Below, one piece after another: positions 1 through 7,713 of a stretch of 42,403 nucleotides of DNA. Position 1 is the stretch's first letter. Every line of letters starts with the position of its first letter. The DNA is from a virus. Its lineage: Duplodnaviria; Caudoviricetes. The notes below the pieces were generated by a model, which searched no databases, was not told the origin of the DNA, and saw only the letters and a program-made list of their open reading frames with translations. The stretch covers positions 1 to 42,403 of IMG/VR virus record IMGVR_UViG_3300048848_000291, one strand, 5' to 3'. The position numbers were made by a program, and so were the translations under genes.

Positions 1-45
1 GCGTCGCCGCATTCTAGCCAGACTGAGCCTTTTGCTGTTGAACAT
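1..45 (-). CDS. 5' end (window-truncated) of a probable XRE-HTH protein, possibly fused to an ImmA/IrrE metallopeptidase
   Basis: ATG at 45 reads MFNSKRLSLARMRRR, resembling the MFNxxRLxLARxRR start of HTH-ImmA/IrrE proteins; lies 12 nt after the stop of 58-675; only 15 codons visible. Confidence 0.55.
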   Translation of the reverse strand, partial: MFNSKRLSLARMRRR

Positions 46-57
46 CACGGACCCCGA

Positions 58-675
58 TTATCTGCGAGATACGACCAAGGGATCGAAATCGTCAGCGCGG
101 TCTCCCTCATCAAGGAACTGCTTGTCAAGATCTGTGTCCGAACCATCAGACAGGTAGATACGCTCGACGTAGGCGCTGAACGTCCTGCCTTCGACGACGG
201 GTCGCGTCAGTTCTGCCGCGCCGCGCTCATCAACCATCAAGTAGTATGTAGCTAACCCATCACCTTCGAGTTTCGCGTATTCCGGCAGTTCAAAACCGAA
301 AAGATTACCCAAGCATGCCCGCTCAGCACCTGCACCTTTGGGGGAGCGTGGCTTGGGCTTCTTTTCATCATGCGCAGCAATATCGACGTTTGAAAAACTT
401 ACCCGCAGACCACGTTTGACGTTCACAATTGCCTCTACGCCTTCGGTACGATCGAGATCCCACTCCTCGCCAACGAAGCGATCTCGAAGAGCCCACGAAC
501 CCTCTTGATAAGAGTAGGTGCCAGCGGCGTTAGCTGGGTGGAAAGGAGTTGCGTTAGCCGCAGCGCCCCGAGCGATGTCGCGGACATCGAGTAATAAACG
601 CCTGTCGAGGCCAAGCTCCAGGAGCCGCAGGTCAACATCTAATTCTTCGCGAACTGTGCGTGTCTCGACGATCAT
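58..675 (-). CDS. Hypothetical protein, candidate toxin of a RosmerTA-like pair
   Basis: 205-aa ORF with AAGGA RBS; HPANAAG...LR...W...PKPRSPKG motifs; directly upstream of the HTH gene. Confidence 0.5.
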   Translation of the reverse strand: MIVETRTVREELDVDLRLLELGLDRRLLLDVRDIARGAAANATPFHPANAAGTYSYQEGSWALRDRFVGEEWDLDRTEGVEAIVNVKRGLRVSFSNVDIAAHDEKKPKPRSPKGAGAERACLGNLFGFELPEYAKLEGDGLATYYLMVDERGAAELTRPVVEGRTFSAYVERIYLSDGSDTDLDKQFLDEGDRADDFDPLVVSRR

Positions 676-687
676 GTCCTTACTCTA

Positions 688-735
688 CCTTGTTGATTTT
701 TACACCCTACTAGTAGGTTAAAAAAATCTACAAGG
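688..735. promoter_or_regulatory. 48-bp imperfect palindrome overlapping a putative minus-strand promoter
   Basis: CCTTGTTGATTTT...CCTACTAGTAGG...AAAATCTACAAGG; TTGCCT-N17-TACTAG on the minus strand. Confidence 0.6.
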
Positions 736-932
736 CAACTCGGTGTTTCTGCATCGATGTCTTAGCCACAGAAAAAGAACGAGGAGCACGAATGCCAAAT
801 CTTGGCGCAACGTATTCAGCTTGGGAAGCTTCGAGAACAAGCCGGAAAAACCATTTCACCGTTTCCATGGAAAGAGACCCCGCCGGTCTGCAACCGACGG
901 GCCTCTGCTACGTCTGTGGCCAGGGCTGCGAG

Positions 933-1655
933 CTATCTTTTCCTCGTAACACCGATCGTAAGACCTAATTTTGCGTTCAAAAGTTTTCCCAGCAGTTCAA
1001 GCGCCTTTGCAGATTCATCCGCATCTAGGGTCGACCTACTCACCAACTCGTTTGCAATCTGGTTAAGCTCAAACCGCTTTATGTCCGCTTGGCTGCCCTG
1101 TGTTAATTTGAAACCGCTCTTACCGACTGTCGGGTCAAATTCGGTTATCTCAAGCTCAGCTTGGAGTGACTGCCTCATCTGTTTGTAGAGATCCCAGACG
1201 GGAATGATGCTGTTGTGAATTTTATCAAGTGAGAGGACCGCATTAAATGTATCGTCATCCTTGAGCGACAGCAGCATACCCATCTCATCAGGACTAAATT
1301 CGATAGCAGTTGGCAAGTTTGCCAACGGAAGCAATACGGCCTCCATATTCGTGATACCTACTTCTTCCGCTATAGCGATGCGTTGAGCGACGTGGTTTCG
1401 AATATGATCGAGATTGGAATCTATAGAAAGCAGTCTGTAGAACAGAGAAAACCCCAGTGCTCGGTTTGACAAATGCCTCTCCTGCGCTCGGTCTTCACGC
1501 GCCTCTCTCATCGCGGACCATTGGATAATGTAGGCGATAATTCCGCCAACGACGGCTCCCGCGATTGCCGCCCAAAATTCGCCGGTGAGTAGAGCAGCAG
1601 CCGAAGCAAATGCGTCAAAAATACTATCTTTGAGTACGAAAGCCTTATCTTCCAT
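933..1655 (-). CDS. Membrane-anchored hypothetical protein (cargo)
   Basis: 240 aa; N-terminal TM FWAAIAGAVVGGIIAYIIQW; visibly more AT-rich than the structural genes. Confidence 0.75.
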   Translation of the reverse strand: MEDKAFVLKDSIFDAFASAAALLTGEFWAAIAGAVVGGIIAYIIQWSAMREAREDRAQERHLSNRALGFSLFYRLLSIDSNLDHIRNHVAQRIAIAEEVGITNMEAVLLPLANLPTAIEFSPDEMGMLLSLKDDDTFNAVLSLDKIHNSIIPVWDLYKQMRQSLQAELEITEFDPTVGKSGFKLTQGSQADIKRFELNQIANELVSRSTLDADESAKALELLGKLLNAKLGLTIGVTRKR

Positions 1656-1768
1656 GTCCGCCCCTTCTACTGTTGCTAGAGCATACCATAAAAGTTGCTG
1701 ACGATCGAAGAGCGGGGGTAGGCAGGATTGTCACCTCCCGCGCCCTATTTGCTTGGCGACAGTTTTGC

Positions 1769-2398
1769 CTAGGGCTGACTGATACGCTCCCGCTCCACAC
1801 GATCCAAGCGCTGCCTCAAATCCATGATCACGTCCCTTGCCCCATAGACGCTGCCCTGCGCCTGCTTCAACTCGTCGACCTGTCGCTGCTGATCCTGGAA
1901 CCGCTGGTCATAGTTCGCCCAGACCCGAGCGTGCTCGTCTCTCGGGACCAGCCCTTCCCGAAGCTCTTTGATAGCTGATTCAGTTCGTTGGCGATCCTCT
2001 TGGCCTCGAGCAGTACGCCACTCCATCTCCTTCTGCGTGACCATGCCAGCTACGATCGTCGACAGGCTGTCCTTCGTCTCAAGAGACCTTAGTCGCATGT
2101 CCTCGCGCATCGTAGTGATGTTGTCCTTGATGGGCTGCAGCGCCATGAAGCCAAGACCACCCAGAACTGTGATCGTCACCGAACAGAACCCGATGATGAT
2201 CGGCCATTGCGTTTTCGATCCGCCGCGGATGTCGTCGACCAGCGATCGGATCTGCGAAGCGATCTCGGAGAACCCTTTACCCATTCGGTTGTCGAGGTCG
2301 CCGATCTGACGCGACTGGTTCTCGACGCGCTCGCCGAGCTGAGCGTATTTCGCTTCTGGGTCAAAGCCGCCGTTTGGCATGTCGTTTCTCCCTGTCAT
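1769..2398 (-). CDS. Lysis-region single-TM coiled-coil phage protein
   Basis: Central TM WPIIIGFCSVTITVLGGLGFMAL with helical flanks; at the end of the late operon. Confidence 0.65.
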   Translation of the reverse strand: MTGRNDMPNGGFDPEAKYAQLGERVENQSRQIGDLDNRMGKGFSEIASQIRSLVDDIRGGSKTQWPIIIGFCSVTITVLGGLGFMALQPIKDNITTMREDMRLRSLETKDSLSTIVAGMVTQKEMEWRTARGQEDRQRTESAIKELREGLVPRDEHARVWANYDQRFQDQQRQVDELKQAQGSVYGARDVIMDLRQRLDRVERERISQP

Positions 2399-2523
2399 CA
2401 GTCCCCATGCCCTTTCGGAATTTAACCATATTTTAAGCTCAACGCTCTCGGACCGCTCGCTTGCCAGTGTGTGCGTTGCACAAAATATGACCTTCAGTTA
2501 CGCTGCTACGCACAACTTCAAGT

Positions 2524-2862
2524 TTGAAGACGGATCGTTCAGGAGTATCGAGTATGTACCGCGACGACCTTGAATTCGAAGAACGTTGGCTCTTCCTCAC
2601 AAAATACATGCCATCAGTCGTAATGTTCGCGTGCCTGTGGGCGGTCGGCGCGCCTCTCATTGCAGCGCTCGCTGTTGCGCTGCTTTTCGCTCTGCTTGGA
2701 TGGCTTGCTATCTACAAGCATGTGCGCGGGACGATCGCCATTATCACCGTCGCAATGACGCTGGCATGGTTGATAGCTCCCGCTGGCACAAAGCAGTCCA
2801 TCAGGGATCTGGTCAACGAAGCAAGATATTCGCCAGGCCATCAAACAGCCTCACCAACCTGA
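2524..2862 (+). CDS. Small multi-TM membrane protein (moron); true start probably the ATG near 2554
   Basis: Mostly hydrophobic; AGGAG precedes the internal ATG; opposite strand to the lysis genes. Confidence 0.6.
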   Translation: MKTDRSGVSSMYRDDLEFEERWLFLTKYMPSVVMFACLWAVGAPLIAALAVALLFALLGWLAIYKHVRGTIAIITVAMTLAWLIAPAGTKQSIRDLVNEARYSPGHQTASPT

Positions 2863-2866
2863 ACCG

Positions 2867-2998
2867 CTAGAAAGGATCATTCGGTGAGTCCCGCGCAGTT
2901 TGCGCCCCGCGCCGCGTTGTCTTTTCGATACCGACAACCCGCCGAGCGATGGAGCTGGCAAGCTGCAGGACAACTTCGAGTCCAGACAGCCAGGTCAT
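2867..2998 (-). CDS. 43-aa lysis-associated protein, possibly truncated
   Basis: ATGA overlap with the holin stop; MTWLSGLEVVLQLASSIARR... Confidence 0.45.
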   Translation of the reverse strand: MTWLSGLEVVLQLASSIARRVVGIEKTTRRGAQTARDSPNDPF

Positions 2999-3219
2999 GC
3001 TGCCTTGTTGGCTGGTGAGAAGTAGACGAAGGCGGCGTTGATCGCCGTCATCAGGGCCGCCGTGATTTGCGCCTGACTGAAGCCGAAGGCGGAGCAGGTC
3101 TGCACCTGGTCGACGAGAGCGCACTCGGCAATGCCGGTCCACTTGGTTGCAATGTAGGCGAGCAGGATGGCGACGAGATTGCCGACAAGCGCGCCGATAA
3201 GCTTGCTGTACTGAGACAT
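2995..3219 (-). CDS. Putative holin (74 aa, two hydrophobic segments)
   Basis: MSQYSKLIGALVGNLVAILLAY...ITAALMTAINAAFVYF; AAGGA RBS; follows the endolysin. Confidence 0.7.
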   Translation of the reverse strand: MSQYSKLIGALVGNLVAILLAYIATKWTGIAECALVDQVQTCSAFGFSQAQITAALMTAINAAFVYFSPANKAA

Positions 3220-3238
3220 GCGATTTTCCTTTCGAGGG

Positions 3239-3970
3239 TTAAAGCTTGAACTGCACCATGGCGCGCATCTGGTCGCCGATTGCGGCAGCGCCCTGGATGG
3301 AGGTGTCGAACGGCAGGCGGGCAACGTCCCACTTGCCCTTCTGCTTGATGCCGAGGTTCGTCTGCACTTCGGCATGGCTGAGGACGGTCGTGCGGCTGAC
3401 TTTGATGCTGTAGCGCTTGCAGAGCTGCGCAAGGACGTTTGCCAATTCATCCCACTGAACACGGGTGATCGGCTGCTTGCCGGCGCTGAAGGGGTTCTCG
3501 ATGGCGCCAGCCATGCCGCAGAGCGACACACCGATGAACCCGGTGTTGCAGTTCAGCGTGTGCGCTGCATAGCCGGCCTTAGCCTTCGGCAGACTGTTGA
3601 GGTCGATCGAGGGAACGCCGCGGACGTGTTTGCCGTCGCCTTCAATGAGAACGTGGTAGTGCGCGCGGTCGAGGTCGCTCGCCTTGTTCTGTCCGGCAGT
3701 CCAGTGGAAGACGATGCCGGTGATCTTGGCGTCCGGCATCCAGCCAGCAGGGATGGCTCGGTCGTAAATGTCTACCGACGTCGTTGGTGCCGGCGGTGGC
3801 AGCGAGGTAGGAGGCGTTGCGACAAGGCTGCGAAGCGTGACCAGCTGGTCAAGCGCGGCGTTGATCGCGTCGTCGGCCTCCTTGCCGTATTCACCATCAG
3901 CACCGTATTTCGGTAGCCAGAAGCCAAGCGTCAGCAGGCGCTTCTGCGTTTTCTGCAGAGACGTGTTCAT
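3239..3970 (-). CDS. Endolysin: peptidoglycan-binding domain plus N-acetylmuramoyl-L-alanine amidase (Amidase_2)
   Basis: YGADGEYG motif, Pro/Thr linker, IVFHWTAG, HYHVLIEGDG, HTLNCN, SHAEV. Confidence 0.9.
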   Translation of the reverse strand: MNTSLQKTQKRLLTLGFWLPKYGADGEYGKEADDAINAALDQLVTLRSLVATPPTSLPPPAPTTSVDIYDRAIPAGWMPDAKITGIVFHWTAGQNKASDLDRAHYHVLIEGDGKHVRGVPSIDLNSLPKAKAGYAAHTLNCNTGFIGVSLCGMAGAIENPFSAGKQPITRVQWDELANVLAQLCKRYSIKVSRTTVLSHAEVQTNLGIKQKGKWDVARLPFDTSIQGAAAIGDQMRAMVQFKL

Positions 3971-4101
3971 TTCAGATTTTCCTTTGAGGGTGCGCCGTTT
4001 CGGAGCGGTCGCTGTTGGATCTTCAGAAGGCGGTAACGCTGCGCGCCATCAGGCAGGAACCGGAAGCACCGTCGTGCTTTCGGAGATGAGCGGAGGTTTC
4101 G

Positions 4102-4188
4102 ATGGACAAATTTTCAACGGTATTCCCAGTGTTGGCCGCGTTCCTTGCGATGGGCTTAGTCGCAATGGACTTCCTTGCGTACTGGTGA
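4102..4188 (+). CDS. 28-aa hydrophobic peptide
   Basis: GGAGG RBS, then MDKFSTVFPVLAAFLAMGLVAMDFLAYW*. Confidence 0.55.
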   Translation: MDKFSTVFPVLAAFLAMGLVAMDFLAYW

Positions 4189-4252
4189 CCAACGAGGATG
4201 GGCGGCTAGATCTGGCCGTTGTGCTCGTCTGATGATCAGCTACAAACGAATG

Positions 4253-4338
4253 CGTCGCGGTTGCCTTCCCTAAAGGACCCCCTCCCGCGGCGGAGGCCCG
4301 GCGCGGTGGACCTCGCGTACAGCGGCGCCGGGTCTCCT
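4253..4338 (+). ncRNA. Putative two-hairpin sRNA, copy 1
   Basis: Adjacent stems CGTCGCGG/CCGCGGCG and GGAGGCCCGGCGC/GCGCCGGGTCTCC; C/U-rich first loop; strand inferred. Confidence 0.45.
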
Positions 4339-4388
4339 AAGTAGAAACCGCATCTGGCCAAAGAGTTTTCACGCGCTAGCTTCTGTGA

Positions 4389-4475
4389 TGCCGTGGCCGT
4401 CTTCCTTGATGCCCACCACGGCAGAGGCTCGGCGTTGGGTCTCCGGTTCCCTACAGTGAGCGCCGAGCCTCACCT
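4389..4475 (+). ncRNA. Putative two-hairpin sRNA, copy 2
   Basis: Adjacent stems TGCCGTGG/CCACGGCA and GAGGCTCGGCGTT/AGCGCCGAGCCTC; CTGGCC-N17-TAGCTT upstream. Confidence 0.45.
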
Positions 4476-4490
4476 CTCCCACGTAGCGAC

Positions 4491-4823
4491 CTACGCCGGC
4501 CACGCTATTTCCGGCATGCCGCCGATGAACTCGGCGATAGTGGGCGCGGCACTCTCACCAGCCTCTACTGACGACATCAGCGAGAACATGTAGATCAGGC
4601 AGGCATCACGCCACGCGATGAAGGCATTGGCTTCTGCTGCCCACGCCGGGTTAGTGCTGACGGCGTAGGCAGTGATCGTGTAGCGGCTGTCGTACTGCCG
4701 CTCGCCGGCGACCTCGTCGAGGTGCGCATCAAACGCACCTTTGTAGGCGGCCAGACCCGCGTCTTTGGCTGCAGCTGCCTTCTGCGCAGCGGTCACGAAC
4801 ATGCTCGGGTCAGGTGTCCACAT
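4491..4823 (-). CDS. Tail fibre assembly-like protein
   Basis: HLDEVAGERQYDS...WAAEANAFIAWRD...PEIAWP; follows the tail fibre genes. Confidence 0.7.
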   Translation of the reverse strand: MWTPDPSMFVTAAQKAAAAKDAGLAAYKGAFDAHLDEVAGERQYDSRYTITAYAVSTNPAWAAEANAFIAWRDACLIYMFSLMSSVEAGESAAPTIAEFIGGMPEIAWPA

Positions 4824-5133
4824 TGTCCAACTCCACGACCGGGTCGCTCGGTATCAAGAGATCACCGTCTTCTGGGTCAGCAAGGGTTTCTGGAAAGGCA
4901 ACGGCTTGAGATGGGTTGCTGCCATGAGGAAGGATCAGCGTAAGGTGGATCTCGCCATCAATCCGCTCGACCGAGCCGGCGATCCATTCGCATGGTACGT
5001 TCCCGTATGGGATGGTAGCGCCGTCAGGCAGGGATATGAAGCTGAACAGCGCCCCGTTGATCCGGAGCTTGTCGCCGTCCTTGACGACCTTGAGCGATCC
5101 TTGACGGCGCTGGGGGGTGAATGCGACTTTCAT
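4810..5133 (-). CDS. Tail fibre-associated protein (107 aa, start MKVAFTPQRR)
   Basis: TGATG coupling to the tail fibre gene; LPDGATIP...LILPHG motif. Confidence 0.7.
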   Translation of the reverse strand: MKVAFTPQRRQGSLKVVKDGDKLRINGALFSFISLPDGATIPYGNVPCEWIAGSVERIDGEIHLTLILPHGSNPSQAVAFPETLADPEDGDLLIPSDPVVELDNVDT

Positions 5134-5975
5134 CAGAACCACCTTCCGATCGCCTGGAAGTAAATGCGAATATTGCTGCCAGACAATGCGATCGGCGCGA
5201 AAACTGGGCAACCGTTTAGCTGCGAAGCTGATGCAGCGCCAACGCCCGTCCAGGCGGAGTTGCTCGCCGCCGAGGTCGAGACAGCGGGCGCAGCGGCAAA
5301 AGCGGCAGGATAAGACCATGCGCCCACGTTCGTGGAGTCGCGGTGGATCGAACCAACCGCGCCTGTCGTGATAGAGAACACCGCATTGTAGGTGCAGATC
5401 TGCGTTCCGTCTGCGAACCGCACATATTCGCCATTGGCATTACTGCCACGCTCGACTATCGCACCAGTTGGAATACCGCCACTCTGGGAAACAGTTCCGA
5501 CCATGTCTTGCATGACGGCGGTGTTGGCCCCTGTCGACCGGATGAACTTTCCATTGCCGCCGGTCAGGCCGATGATTGCACGGCCATGGGCGACCAAGTC
5601 CGTCAGCGCCGCCACTCCGGCACCTGTGTAGTAGGCAAGCTTGTTCGCGGCAGTCGTCAGGCCACCGATCGAGAACAGGTTGCCGTTCGTCAGGGCATCG
5701 AGGACTTGCCGGGCCGCCGTCAGCGCTCGCGTGGCATCCGAAGCGAAGCGCACCTCATAGATATCGGCCGAGCGGGTCGTTCCCGGCCATGCGTACGCCA
5801 GCGTCAAAGACGTGTTGCTATTGACAGCGGCAATACGAACAGAAAGCCCGGCCGCCCAGAATATGTCACCCGCCTGCAAGCCAGAGGTCAGCCAGGTGGT
5901 GCCCTGCCCGGTCACAGCTGTGCCGTTGGCGTTTAACGTCGCAGTGCCGGTGTTATAGGATGTCGGTAGAGCCAT
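5133..5975 (-). CDS. Tail fibre protein
   Basis: N-terminal YNTGTAT...VTGQGTTW; C-terminal GSNANGEYVRFADGTQIC fibre domain. Confidence 0.85.
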   Translation of the reverse strand: MALPTSYNTGTATLNANGTAVTGQGTTWLTSGLQAGDIFWAAGLSVRIAAVNSNTSLTLAYAWPGTTRSADIYEVRFASDATRALTAARQVLDALTNGNLFSIGGLTTAANKLAYYTGAGVAALTDLVAHGRAIIGLTGGNGKFIRSTGANTAVMQDMVGTVSQSGGIPTGAIVERGSNANGEYVRFADGTQICTYNAVFSITTGAVGSIHRDSTNVGAWSYPAAFAAAPAVSTSAASNSAWTGVGAASASQLNGCPVFAPIALSGSNIRIYFQAIGRWF

Positions 5976-6169
5976 CAGTCGTCTCCTCCGACGCGCTGCG
6001 CAGTTTCGAGTTGCGCTTTCATGTTCTCAACCTCTTCCTGGCTGCGGGCCAGAGCATCGCGGAGTTCCGCAACACCTTGCGCCAAGATCAGAACGCGGTT
6101 CTTCAGCGTAGCCGAAATGGCTCGCTCTTCCTGAAGGGCGACTTCAGGCGAGATATTGACGGTTGTCAT
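5975..6169 (-). CDS. Small coiled-coil tail-region protein (64 aa)
   Basis: Start MTTVNISPE; translationally coupled to the tail fibre gene. Confidence 0.6.
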   Translation of the reverse strand: MTTVNISPEVALQEERAISATLKNRVLILAQGVAELRDALARSQEEVENMKAQLETAQRVGGDD

Positions 6170-6183
6170 GGGGTTTTCCCTGA

Positions 6184-7713
6184 TTACTGGGGGATGCCGA
6201 GGATGTAGTAGCGGATGCCGATTATAGGGTCGGGCACGTAGTCGAATTTCCACCGGTTCTCGGCGTAACGCTCATTGTATGGGTTACCGTTGAACGTCCA
6301 GAACGTCGCTTGATTGTCGGTGAGCTGGCAGTAGGACGAATTAGCCTGATGATACCGGTCCGAGCCGTTGTAGCTTTCAGTGATACGCGTCTGCGGAAAC
6401 TTCACGCATTTTCCGAATTCCTCATGCTGATGAACGGTCATGTATTTGACGATCGGAAAGAAGCCGTCGCCCTTGAAATTGACCGTGAAAGACTGCCCCG
6501 AGTTCGTCCCGTTGGGAGGGGTCCGGTTCGCCTGCGCAGCAATTGGCTTGTAATCTTCCGCCAAGATCTGAAGACACGGCCAACGGCTGTCCAGGACGAT
6601 GTCGCGAAAGGCCGGCGGGTTGCCAGATCCGGGACGCAACAGCTGCATGACCCTTTCGCCGCCAGACGTGAACTGGCGTAGAAAATTGTTGTCTCCGGAC
6701 GTGAGCGGCGCACGATCATTCGCGAAAACGACAAAGCGACAACGGCAAGCGGTGGACTGCTTGTTATCGAAGTAGATGCTGTTTCCTGAAAACCAGTACT
6801 CCGCTACCAAAGACCGATTGAAACGGCTCATCGGGAATGTGATCACGTCATCGACATACAGGAAGAGATCCGCCAGCATGTTAGGCGTGACGGCGAACCC
6901 AAGGTCGTATCGGGTCACGCCGGCAGGAAGATTGATATCAGCTGCGCCGATAGCCGACAGGGGCCGACCCGAGCTGTCAAAAGCTAGTTGCGTCGGGCGA
7001 GCTGTTCGGACGTCATAGCCGGGCTTTGCGACCCTGCAGAAATCCTTGCTGAACTGCGCAGACCACTGCCCCGCGATCGGAGGCTTCGGCGCGCCGTCGA
7101 GGATAGGCGTGTTGTCGGCAGGCAGTCGCCAGATGACGACTTCCTTTTCGAGCTGGTCCGCATCGCCAGTCGCATAGCTGTTGCCTTGATAGAGCAGACC
7201 GTTTCCGAGCGCGCCAATGACATCGAAAGAGTTGCTCGACGCATCCGGCCGATTTTCCCACCATGCGCTTTGACCGCGATCGAAGGTTTCATAATAGCCC
7301 GGCTCTGCCCCGCCATACCCCTCGCGACCCTCGCGCCTCACCCGGTTCTGCTCGATATACTTGCCGTCAGAGATGCGACGGGTTTTGATATCGAACATGG
7401 GAAGCGAGTAAGGAATAGCGTCTCCATAAAAGCTGTTTCTGACGCCGATATCCTTGACCGCAGCGGAACCCACATAAGGAGCCTGCAAGACTTTTTGGTA
7501 GTTGTTGATATTGGAGCCCGCGGGCAGGTAGCGGCTCCCGGTTTGAAAGGGAGTGCTGTCAATGACGGCCAACTTCACATCGGCCGCCACTTTCGAGTTG
7601 TAAAGGAAAGACGCCGTGTTGCCGTCCGGTTCGTTTACTGGATCGATGTTTCCCTTGGTGATTTTCACGCATGAATGCCCCAGGCTATCGATGCCGATCA
7701 TTAATCGCGTCAT
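6184..7713 (-). CDS. Tail/baseplate-associated protein (509 aa)
   Basis: ATGA overlap with the tail tip gene; repeated RVAKPGYDV...LAFDS-type modules. Confidence 0.7.
   Translation of the reverse strand: MTRLMIGIDSLGHSCVKITKGNIDPVNEPDGNTASFLYNSKVAADVKLAVIDSTPFQTGSRYLPAGSNINNYQKVLQAPYVGSAAVKDIGVRNSFYGDAIPYSLPMFDIKTRRISDGKYIEQNRVRREGREGYGGAEPGYYETFDRGQSAWWENRPDASSNSFDVIGALGNGLLYQGNSYATGDADQLEKEVVIWRLPADNTPILDGAPKPPIAGQWSAQFSKDFCRVAKPGYDVRTARPTQLAFDSSGRPLSAIGAADINLPAGVTRYDLGFAVTPNMLADLFLYVDDVITFPMSRFNRSLVAEYWFSGNSIYFDNKQSTACRCRFVVFANDRAPLTSGDNNFLRQFTSGGERVMQLLRPGSGNPPAFRDIVLDSRWPCLQILAEDYKPIAAQANRTPPNGTNSGQSFTVNFKGDGFFPIVKYMTVHQHEEFGKCVKFPQTRITESYNGSDRYHQANSSYCQLTDNQATFWTFNGNPYNERYAENRWKFDYVPDPIIGIRYYILGIPQ

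Noticed and set aside
802-1188. 128-aa plus-strand ORF
   Set aside because: Mostly antisense to 933-1655; TTG start; no motifs
4240-5975. Diversity-generating retroelement or invertible tail-fibre cassette
   Set aside because: No reverse transcriptase, invertase or TR/VR repeat pair seen
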